NCBI GenBank assembly: GCA_965649765.1
Contig: OZ287754.1
Span: forward strand, 35,464,001-35,528,000
Direction: 5' to 3'
DNA from: Bispira polyomma
Taxonomy: Eukaryota
DNA length: 64,000 bases
The notes below the pieces were generated by a model. The model did no database searches. It was not told where the DNA came from and was given only the letters and a program-made list of their open reading frames with translations. Position numbers and translations under genes: made by a program. Below, piece by piece: positions 53,596 to 64,000 of the stretch. Positions within the stretch are counted from its first letter, which is position 1; the number at the start of each line of letters is the position of its first letter.

Positions 53596-54819
53596 AATAA
53601 ACATATCTTTATTTATATTAATAAAACAAATCTAAATTTTTAAAAACAATTTTATTAAACGTATGCATATCAGACACTGATGAACTTGGAGAAAAATCAT
53701 CATTTTTATCAGTTTCTTATAAAATTTCTTCACTCTCTTCATTGGCATCACTGTCTTTATCATCCGGTTCCCCACTGTCTACTGTTTTCACCATCCGATT
53801 CCCTGCTGTCTGAACTGTCTTCACCATCGGGTCCCCACTGTCTGAACTGTCTTCGCCACCGTTTTCCCCGCTGTCTGTACTGTCTTCACCATTCAGTTCC
53901 CCGCTGCCGACTGTCTTCACCATCCGGTTCCCTGTTGCCTGTACTGTCTTCACTATCCGGTTCCCTGTTGTCTGTACTGTCTTCACCATCGGTTTCCCTG
54001 TTGTCTGTACTGTCTTCACTATCGGGTTCCTGTTGTCTGTACTGTTTTCACCATCGGATTCCCTGTTGTCTGTACTGTCGTCACCATTAAATTCCTCATT
54101 GTCTGTACTTGCATCACTATCAATAAGATCATCAAACAGCTGATAATTGCGATGTACAGCTAACTTTAGAGCTTTTCTGAAGTTATAATCCTTTTCCTCC
54201 GTGAGATTTTCAACCTCTTCCATGATTTCATTGTGTATGGTACTGTTTTTCAACTTACGGGTTGTAAGCACAATATCTTTGTACTTTTTCACAATAAACT
54301 TTTTATATTTGTAAAGTAAATCATCAGTAGCTTTCTGCCGTGATTCAAAGTTGGAGTTCCCATCTTCTTCATATTCTGTAACTAATTGACCATATTCGTC
54401 ATCGTATGCATTGTAAGCCTCATTGACAATATCATCCCATCCTGATTCATCATCACTTTCCTCATTAAACCTTGACTTTTTAGAGACTTGCCCTTCGTCT
54501 TTTGGACATCCTCTTTTAAAATGTTTCTGTAAATCCATTTGTGAGGAAAATAGCAATCCGCAGTCGATACAAGAACACTGCGTGGATTGCTGCTTCCCCA
54601 TGTTGGTACCAGACATACAGGAGCACTTTAATGGTTGAGGTTTATCCATGATGTTGTCACGTTGACTGCAAACTGCTGAATGACTCGATCCTTTTCTTTT
54701 ATTTACTTTTAAGACATCCGTCTTCAATCGATCGTCATCCGGGGTTTTTTGTTTAAGATCCACCAATAAATACCCATAAGGTACTTTGGTTGGTCGTTTA
54801 AATTTATTTAAGAACTGCT
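51667..54819 (-). repeat. Left arm of the giant inverted repeat (reverse complement of 56131-59208)
   Basis: Mirror ORFs in the track (52479-52760+ and 58124-58405- give identical peptides; 53717-54766- pairs with 56183-57186+). The match ends at aatttatttaagaactgct (54801-54819). Confidence 0.97.
53717..54819 (-). pseudogene. Mirror copy of the ATPase 3' portion (5'-truncated, reading frame open)
   Basis: QFLNKFKRPTKVPYGYLLVDLKQKTPDDDRLK runs in frame into CIDCGLLFSSQMDLQKHFKRGC, an acidic region and 30-bp repeats. Confidence 0.85.
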
Positions 54820-54820
54820 T

Positions 54821-55249
54821 TAACTCCAGTAAATAGCAGCAATAGCACCAGAAGTAGCACCAATAGCACCAATAACCTTAGAAATAGCACCAATAGCACC
54901 ACAAATAGCACCAATAGCACCACAAATAGCAGCAATGACATACAAAATAGCACCAATAGCACCACTAATAACACCAATGACACACAAAGTAGCACAAAGT
55001 AGCACCAATAGCCTTAGAAATAGCAACAATAGCACCACAAATAACACCAATAGCTATTAGTGCTATTGGTGCTATTTGTGGTGCTATTGGTGCTACTTCG
55101 TGTGTCATTGGTGCTATTTTGTGTGTCATTGGTGCTATTTCGTGTGTTATTGGTGCTATTTGTGGTGATATTGGTGCTATTTCTAAGGCTATTGGTGCTA
55201 GTGCTATTGGTGCTACTTCTGGTGCTATTGCTGCTATTTACTGGAGTTA
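54821..55249. repeat. Central hairpin of AATAGCACC-based minisatellite
   Basis: taactccagtaaatagcagcaatagcacc... is mirrored by ...ggtgctattgctgctatttactggagtta; the strand flips at AATAG|CTATT (55053/55054). Confidence 0.92.
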
Positions 55250-55375
55250 TTTCTGCATATTTTTGGTGATTTTAATTTAACTTGATTATTGTGAACAATT
55301 CGAACATGAAAAAACTATAAAAGACAAAATTGATGGGGATAAGTTAATTTCTATTGTACACATGAAAGAGTCAAG

Positions 55376-57186
55376 ATGAAAAAAACATGTCCACAGTGCC
55401 ACAAGACATTTGCTAGACCTTATACATATAGAAAGCACATGTTAGAACATCATAACACGTTCATCAAACCTGAGTGGAAAAGAAATGGCATGCTTAGAGA
55501 GTCATATGAAACATATGGAGTACCACTAGAAATAGCACCACCAACAGCACCACCAATAGCCCCTCAAATGGCACCTGAAATAGCACCAAAGGAAGTACAA
55601 GGATCCGTTACAACATATGCAGCGAAGCTTGAAGCATCTAACACTAAAATTAACAGTGCTAAGCAAGTGGAGAACTTTAAATTCCAACACCCATTTACGA
55701 TGATTGTAGCAGGTCCCACTTCCTGTGGCAAAACAACGTGGATAAAGACTTTGCTACAACAGGTAAACACAATGATCAACCCAGCCCCTTCGAGAATCGT
55801 TTGGTTTTACAAGAGATGGCAACCCATGTACACTGAGATAAATCAAACCATCGGTGACGTAGAATTTGTTCAGGGAATCACTGAAAGAGAACCAGACGGT
55901 CGGCCTTCCCTGTATATCTACGATGACTTATTAAAAGATACAACAAAAAACAACGACATATGCGAAATGTATACTGAAGGATCTCACCACTGTAGTCTGA
56001 GTGTGATATGTTTACTCCAGAACCTGTACAATAAAGGAAAAGAAAACAGGACAATGAATCTAAATTAAAAATCCACGTGATCAGCAACAAGTATCAGTCT
56101 TGGCAAGACAGATGTATCCGGGTAATTCACAGCAGTTCTTAAATAAATTAAACGAGCAACCAAAGAACCTTATGGGTATTTATTGGTGGACCTTAAACAG
56201 AAAACCCCGGATGACGATCGATTGAAGATGGATGTCTTAAAAGTAAATAAAAAGAAACAATCGAGTCATTCAGCGGTTTGCAGTCAATGCGACAACATCA
56301 TGGATAAACCTCAACCATTAAAGTGCTCCTGTATGTCTAGTACCAACATGGGGAAGCAGCAATCCACGCAGTGTTCTTGTATCGACTGTGGATTGCTATT
56401 TTCCTCACAAATGGATTTACAGAAACATTTTAAAAGAGGATGTCCAGAAGACGAAGGGCAAGTCTCTAAAAAGTCAAGGATTGATGAGGAAGGTGATGAT
56501 GAATCAGGATGGGATGATATTGTCAATGACGCTTACAATGCACACGACGAATATGGTCAATTAGTTACAGAATATGAAGAAGATGGGAACTCCAACTTTG
56601 AATCACGGCAGAAAGCTACTGACGATTTACTTTACAAATATAAAAAGTTTATTGTGAAAAAGTACAAAGATATTGTGCTTACAACCCGTAAGTTGAAAAA
56701 CAGTACCATACACAATGAAATCATGGAAGAGGTTGAAAATCTCACGGAGGAAAAGGATTATAACTTCAGAAAGCTCTAAAGGTAGCTGTACATCGCAATT
56801 ATCAGCTGTTTGATGATCTGATGCAAGTACAGACAACGAGGAATTTAATGGTGACGACAGTACAGACAACAGGGAACCCGATAATGAAGACAGTACAGAC
56901 AACAGGGAAACCGATGGTGAAGACAGTACAGACAACAGGGAACCGGATAGTGAAGACAGTACAGGCAACAGGGAACCGGATGGTGAAGACAGTAGGCAGC
57001 GGGGAACTGAATGGTGAAGACAGTACAGACAGTGGGGAAAACGGTGGCGAAGACAATTCAGACAGTGGGGACCCGATGGTGAAGACAGTTCAGACAGCAG
57101 GGAATCGGATGGTGAAAACAGTAGACAGTGGGGAACCGGATGATAAAGACAGTGATGCCAATGAAGAGAGTGAAGAAATTTTATAA
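55376..57186 (+). pseudogene. Polinton/Maverick packaging ATPase (A32/FtsK-HerA type) with an N-terminal C2H2 finger and a C-terminal zinc finger plus acidic domain; frameshifted
   Basis: HPFTMIVAGPTSCGKTT (Walker A), LYIYDDL (Walker B), EGSHHCSLSVICLLQNLY...RTMNLN, then across frameshifts KNPRDQQQVSVLARQMYPG and ATKEPYGYLLVDLKQKTPDDDRL. These motifs are characteristic of the Polinton/adintovirus ATPase. Confidence 0.88.
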
Positions 57187-57310
57187 GAAACTGATAAAAA
57201 TGACAACAATTTTTCTCAGAGTTCATCAGTGTCTGATATGCATACGTTTAATAAAATTGTTTTTAAAAATTTAGATTTGTTTTATTAATGTAAATAAAGA
57301 TATGTTTATT

Positions 57311-57368
<58 letters not shown>

Positions 57369-59208
57369 TAATGTTCTGTGCAGATTAAGCAGGTTTTTAA
57401 AAATGTGTTAAGTACATTAGTTTTAAATGAGTTAGATACACTAATTATCAATAAAGTCACAGGCATTTCGAGATTTATAGATTCAAATGATAACACAAAT
57501 ATCATTCACCATGGCCCTTTAACGATGTGTGATTACAAGTGAATATATGGTGGGCTAAATCTTAATCAAGTAAATAAATGTGAATTTTTAAAAAGAATAG
57601 AGTTTCTAAATTAAATAAAGCCATATTTAGTACCAGCTTAAACGACTCAAAAGTGCTGATGAAGCTGGTTTTAAAATTTTAAAAACTCTTCATTATTAAG
57701 AAAGTTACAAGCATTGCCAGTTTGTAGGGTAGTTCATTATTAAGAAAGTTACAATCATTTGTAATTTGTAAGTTATTTTAAAAGAGATTAAGCCCAATGA
57801 ATACACAAAATACAATTTACTGACCCTTTATGATTGATCAAAAGTGAACAAGTTGAGAGCTAGCTTTGGAGTAATAAACTGACCAAATCTGGAATTTTAA
57901 AGGAATAGAGTTTTTAGATTACATATAGCCATATTTAGTATCATCTTTAGCGCCGTAACATGCCAATGAAACTGCTGGTGATGCTAGATTTTAAATTTTA
58001 AAAAACACTTAATTTTTAAGAAAACTTGAAGTTTCTAAGTTTTTTTTAAAAGCTCTGAAAGAAGAGGGGCTTAATCAAGCTGTGTAGTCTAGAATGCATT
58101 TGGGCCGACACCGTTTGAAAAACTTATTCAAACAGTGAATTAGCTCTACATGACAAAAAAGTCATTACATATAATTTAGTAGTAAAGGTGTACAAATTTG
58201 ATATCAAAATAAACGTCTGGTAATTCTTATCAAGAAGGTTTTTGACTTGTGAAAAACACACCATTATTAAGAAAGTTAGAAAGATTTTGTATGCTAGTTT
58301 ACAGAAATCACTCAATAGCACAAAGGGAATTAAGTGGAGAAAGCAAGCTGTCTGGTCAAGACTGAATTGGGACGGACAAACAAACATGCAAACTGACTTG
58401 TTCAAACATTGAACAAGCTTTGCATATTTTCTGGAAAATAAAAAAATTCATTGTACAGAGTAATAAATCTGGACTTATTTGATATAAAATTAAACGCCTG
58501 ATAATATGGATCAAGAAGGTTTTTTCAATAGCCCCATTTATTCAGAAATTTGATAAAGGTAATAAACACCCACGATATAGAATACCCACACCCAGATATC
58601 TAACACACATCAAAAACCCTTTTTCTGGAATGAGAAACAGTGTGTGGGGAGGGGGTAAAAAGGGACAAATGTGTGTGCACAGATTAAGCTCTTTCATTTT
58701 TGAAAATCAAAACAATTATTCCAGAAAATATTAACAATTTAGTAATGAGGGGCTGATATGCAAATGCCCCAAGTTCATAAGATGTCAAAACTTCTACTGA
58801 AATTAGAAACAGTGTGTGGGGAGGAGGTAAAAAGGGACAAATGTGCATGCACACATTAAGCTCTTTAAATTTTAAAAATCAAAACAATCATTCCAGAAAA
58901 TATTAACAATTTAGTAATGAGGGGCTGATATGCAAATGCCCCCCACAAGTTCACAAAACCTCAAACCTTCTACTGGAATAAGGGGGGAGTGAGGAGGGGC
59001 TGTAACATGTGTGCCACACCCACTTCACACTATTGATTCACTCACCCAGTCTCATACTACTTTACGTGAATTTGAAAAATCTGGCATTATAATTCTGGCA
59101 TTATATCTGGCTTTTAAAAAGATTGGGCACTATAATCCTGGCATTATCTTTTTTGGCATTATCATTTTGTCATTACAATTGTGTCTTTACCCGGGCCTTA
59201 ATAGTAGT
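56131..59208 (+). repeat. Right arm of the giant inverted repeat
   Basis: Reverse complement of 51667-54819, including the (TA)n tract and the ~170 bp internal tandem duplication. Confidence 0.97.
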
Positions 59209-60131
59209 AACAGACCAGCTGACACATATACAACTTCAGCCACTATCCCATTAGGCTTTCCAAGGAACGAAAACTTTGTACTATTGATGAAAGTCAAATT
59301 GAACTACTTCCATTAGTCAGAGTTTTAACTAAAACATAACACATTTGCACAGATAAAGTATTGATAATCGAGTACCAAAAAGAAAACCAATCATATCTTT
59401 CTGCAACAGACAAAAACGTGTAGATTTGAACATCACTATGTTGAAACGCATTTTGTAACAACTAAAGATAGGGTGATTGCTTTTATGTTCAAATGCTTCG
59501 TCAGTTAAACAAACTGATAATTTCCCTGTTAATTATCTAATTTTAAGCATCCACTTTCAAGCATAATCTTATAATTAATTAATATATATTAATCAATGTC
59601 TTGAAAGGTTGTACAAGGGCTATACATAGTGTCTTTGTTAATTTTTCTTCAGCAGGTTTGATACTTAATCTCACTAAGTTAAGTGCCAAAGAAAATCAAT
59701 GGGTTTCCTGCCGGTAGAGCCATCATGACAGAAGTCATGACAATGAATAATATCATTTATCACTCCTCAGATTGTGATTTCCCCATTATGGGAACTATTG
59801 GGAAAGCTGTACTTAAGTTTGTGTCATTCTGTCTTGACTGTCACACTACAGGTGTTTATGAAGGTACTTCTAAACTCACTTGTTAAAAAACACCAAGTTA
59901 CTTACAGTTTCTTCTCCAATATAATATCACCCAAAACCTGGTGTCATGTCATGAAATGTAATAAGGTAGAAATAATCTGGTTTTGGTTGTCATTTTGGTT
60001 ATTTTAGGCTACATTTTGGTTGACAAATGATATTATCCCCTACTATTTATTTATTAAATATTGTTTTTGTATTTATCAAATATGTAAAGAATTTGGTATT
60101 GATTGTGATATCAAGTTTAATCCAGTTAAAG

Positions 60132-60951
60132 TGGTGGTTCCACTATCAAGTTTGATCGGGAAAGTGGGCCTGGTTTTATAATCGGGAAGGTTGGGGCGAA
60201 AAAGGCAGGAAAATAAAAATGGGGGCGACCTTTCTGATCGAACTGATTGCTTCCCGTTTTGATGGGACACCTACTACGATAGAACTTGAAGTCTGTAGTA
60301 AAACTATAGGATCTGACATATCGGCCTAGGATCGAACGTATCAGCAATACGATCTGACGGATTCATATCCCCGACCATAAGGATCGACCTTCTGAGAAGT
60401 CAAAGTCGGGACTATTATGGTAAAATATCTGACAAAATGTGCCAAAAATAAAAGAAATAATACCTGTTCAGACCTCATTTTTGATAAAAGTTTGTTGCAA
60501 ATACGTTTTATCGTTCATAAACTGCTTAAATTTTAAACTGGTATCCGTCATCGGGACTATTATGGTAAAATATCTGACCAAATGGGGTTATATAACAAGT
60601 TATGTGTCTTCATACATATATTCTTCCCGACCTTCCAGACCACTCCATTTTCACCCCCTGACCAAAACATTTTGACGGGCCAGTGATAGGACAAGCCTGG
60701 AGTGACATATGATCTATCAGAAAGAATGTAGTATAGGATCAAACTTATTCGCCGAAGCCGACCTATACATTTTTGGAGGTTCAGGACACAAGTCAGGACA
60801 TTATTTGAAAAAGGTTAAACATCCTTAACTTTCCTGCCGACCTTCCCGACCACCCCGTTTTTGACTGTGACCTATAAGTTTCACTGCTTTTCCTGTTAAC
60901 GATCACAAAGTTGGGAAGGTCAGGGACTAAACCTTGATAGTGGAACCACCA
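60132..60951. mobile_element. MITE with 19-bp perfect TIRs (PIF/Harbinger-like)
   Basis: TGGTGGTTCCACTATCAAG (60132-60150) and CTTGATAGTGGAACCACCA (60933-60951); TAA/TTA-containing flanks; internal repeats of cgggaag/cttcccga motifs; no coding capacity. Confidence 0.8.
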
Positions 60952-63900
60952 TTAAGGTTAAGCTCCTTGTATATGGGGATAATATAACTGGAATACAAAT
61001 AGATAATATTTTTACTGAGTAACATCCTAGGTCACGTGATATGTTATGGAATTATTATTGTACTAACGTGTACAGTGCATTTTTTAGGGTGTAGAAAAAC
61101 TAATAAAATGATATATGGCATCCTGGCTTTGGGGATCTGTGAACAAGAAAGGAACAATATACACAACGACCTGACGTTTTTTTAATTGAAAACAATATAC
61201 ACAAAGACCTGACGTTTTTTTAAAGATATCTCCGACTTCAATGGCTGTGTTGGAGTGGTTTTACTATTTCCGGCTACCTGGTTACAGAGTATTTAAGGTA
61301 GAAACAAAAATAATGGATAGGGTTGCAACTAAAATTCATAAAAGTAGTAAACAATTATAACTTTGTTCAATATTCACAGCTATTCAAGGGGAATGACTAC
61401 TTAATAATCTCAAATCCATTGCGAAAGCTAATTCACCAAGATAGTTTTTTAGAAGCTATTTTTTAAGGGCCTGTCTGTAATGTTCAGCCATCTTGGATTT
61501 AACAGGTAATCACCTTGTTCTATATTTTCAAGATATCTAAAAAAACAATAGTTCAGACCTATTTTCATTTATACTGAGATGTCAGGCTAGGATTGATGTT
61601 TAACTTGATATATGATTTCAGTATAGCTAAAAAGGCTATAAGATATTATACAGCAAAATTAGTACTGGTCTGACTCCATGTTGTGTAGTGTAGTGGGCCC
61701 GCCATGTTGTATGACGGGTCTTTGTGGTTAATATATTTGTCTGCCAAAAGGTACACAGGTAGAAGTATATTTGTGGTTAATATATTTGTCTGCTAAAAGG
61801 TACACAGATAGAAGTTTAGTTCATACGAGAAATTAAAAATTCATAAACTTCAACAACACTGTTTTACATGAAAAAAATCTAACAGGCCTTTTTACTTCTG
61901 GGATTCTCGTGTCCTATATTAAGTCATAGCTGACTTAATTAGAAAGTATGTCATATCGCTAAGCGAAATGGTTACTACTAAACCTCAGAATGCCATTTGG
62001 AACCTGAATAGATTATTATATTATTTTGTGTTTTCCCAGATAATTTTAATTGTTTAAATAACTGTATTTGTATGAATATTTTACCTAAAATGTTCGTTTT
62101 AGTATTACCAGAAGGCTCTTATAATGTACTTTGTGATAAGTTTATATAGTGGCCATCAATGACCTGCCTTTTTAATGATACTGATGTATTAAATGTGTCT
62201 AGCATTGAAGGCCCAATGGGATTTCGAGAAGCTAAGACATGCTTTAGCAGTAATGAGATCACATTCATGTATTTTGCTATGGATTAGTGTGAATTGTAAA
62301 ATGTGTTCTTTGTACCCAATTATCAATTCTTATGTTCATCTTATAGTGTCTGTACATAGATCATCCTGCTTCTTTAGTTCCCTAAGTCTATACTATTTTT
62401 CTATACTTTTTTTCCAACTACACAAATGTTACAACAATATGTACTTTGTGCAAAAATTTAAATAAATAAATAGGTTTCAGGAAAAAAGTTACAGTCAATG
62501 CAGATTATATGTAAAGATCCACCTTCTGTCTTAACATCAGAACTGGTGTCACTTCTTACATACAAAATATACTGGCTCCCCATCACTATGGAATTATTTT
62601 GTCACTACTTTCAAGGTGCTTCTTCACGAGCCGTTTGTTATGCCAGACTCAGGGTCTGTTTTTCGTACTATGCCGTGGTTTATTAATTTTGATGGTTACA
62701 CTTTAGAATATACCTAGCACCTATATAATGAATGACCATGACCATAATATAAAATAATGCAAAATGTAAGCTGATTGGTTTACCTGTTAAAAATATGCTA
62801 AAACAACATGCTTATACAATATGCAATTGTATTACATACACCTTCGGATAATCTGAATCCTTTATCTGTTTATTTCTTACTTTCCCTTGTTTTATTTCTT
62901 CCTTTTCTTGTTATGTATCAATTGCAGAATGTCTAAGTAAATTAAATATTAATATATTAACATGACACATCATGCCACACCATGTTTGGTTGTGGGACGT
63001 CACATCCAATTATATCAGTTATAATATACTTTGCCATATTGTAAGAAAGAATACCATTTGACTGTAAAGTCGACAAAAAGCTAAGAAGTTGCACCAAACA
63101 CACCCGGAAACGTGAGTAAATCATTCCACTAAGCCAAATCAGCCTGGAAGTTGTATATCATGCATAATTATAGCTAGACTGTCGTGTTGTGAATTAGGTT
63201 TCCATAAGGCTATTTGGCTTGGAGTTTGAAGTCGCCTTTAATATTGAGCTAAAACAAAAGTCAATATCATGCCTTAGTGGGGTTGCGTCCAAGTGTCTGC
63301 ATAGAATGTCACAACATATATTGTATTGTATTTTGTTATTTTAACTTGCCTTATTTATCCTCGACATTTCCTAAAGCCTAACAACTGAATCAGTAAACCA
63401 ATAGAAAAGTCCAAAAACATAGCCACAATTGTAAGGATAGTTAGACGAGTTGTTTGTAGATAATATCACTTTGAAGTGACATATTCGTATTCTATGACAT
63501 GACGCTAATGATTGACTTTATATTTACAGTTTTGTTCTTAGTTCAGCATACCCTCAACTGATCAGTCTACCCTCAACTGATATTAGGCGCTATAAAAGTC
63601 CAATTACAATCATAAACAATGAAATTAGTCAAACTATGAAGTACCATTGAAAGTGTTGCAAAAATATTGCAAAGGAGGGTTTGAATTCTTTCTAATTTTT
63701 GTTTTTGTTGCAAACGAAAAAAATCCATTAATAACACAACTGTCATAGCAGTATCACGATATTATATCCCTTGAACTCTCAATGTCAGAACTGGATTACT
63801 TGATTAGAGGCATTAAAGATGCTAGTCCGTTTTGTCCTCAGTTCAGTCTACCCTCAAATGATCTCAACTAATGTAATTTGTCAAACTAAGGACCACGAAT

Positions 63901-64000
63901 TGCTTGAAGTACCATTGACATAAAATAGTGCACAGTCCACAGGTCAACATTTCCCATGTCATTAAAGGCGAATGAGTCTTTCGTTTTCGTTCGGTAGATC

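Larger units (their letters stand above)
51667..59208. mobile_element. Non-autonomous palindromic Polinton/Maverick-derived element (7542 bp)
   Basis: Ends ACTACTACTATTAAGGCCCGGGTAAAGACACAATTG ... CAATTGTGTCTTTACCCGGGCCTTAATAGTAGT; TSD AACAGA at 51661-51666 and 59209-59214; ~3.1 kb inverted arms; Polinton-type packaging ATPase; no polB, integrase or capsid gene recognised. Confidence 0.88.

Noticed and set aside
54804-55269. Hydrophobic Leu/Val or GAI-repeat ORFs resembling membrane peptides
   Set aside because: Alternative frames of the AATAGCACC minisatellite hairpin.
51667-59208. Palindrome as a pure sequencing or assembly fold-back artefact
   Set aside because: The arms differ by substitutions and indels, one arm has an 881-bp deletion, the flanks are unique and a TSD is present. 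Read-level confirmation is still advisable.
59740-59890. Possible decayed RING-finger-like Cys/His pattern
   Set aside because: Needs several frameshifts to assemble; too weak to call.
63540-63920. Short diverged duplication (gttcag...ccctcaa...gtcaaacta...gaagtaccattga)
   Set aside because: Only two degenerate copies at the window edge, with no interpretable structure.

Overview
AT-rich, intron-containing animal DNA, probably from a lophotrochozoan or other marine invertebrate (inferred from the tyrosinase type and the transposon families). Roughly the first 39 kb is a graveyard of nested mobile elements: several decayed tyrosine-recombinase (DIRS/Ngaro-type) retrotransposons, L2, CR1-like and L1/Tx1 LINEs, two tRNA-derived SINEs with target-site duplications (TSDs), and PIF/Harbinger remnants and MITEs. 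Three host genes lie on the minus strand: an SLC16/MCT-like MFS transporter (with an orphan duplicated exon), a two-exon secreted tyrosinase with a furin-cleavable Tyr/His-rich N-terminal region, and a divergent opsin-like class A GPCR that lacks the retinal-binding lysine. The most unusual feature is a 7.5 kb element at 51667-59208 that is almost entirely a palindrome. It has (ACT)n/(AGT)n ends, a 6-bp TSD (AACAGA) and a decayed Polinton/Maverick-type packaging ATPase fused to zinc fingers. Its symmetry axis lies at 55053/55054 inside a minisatellite, and 881 bp are missing from the left arm. It looks like an integrated snap-back (defective) Polinton genome built from two copies of one end. 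All coordinates and alignments were read by eye; no searches were run.
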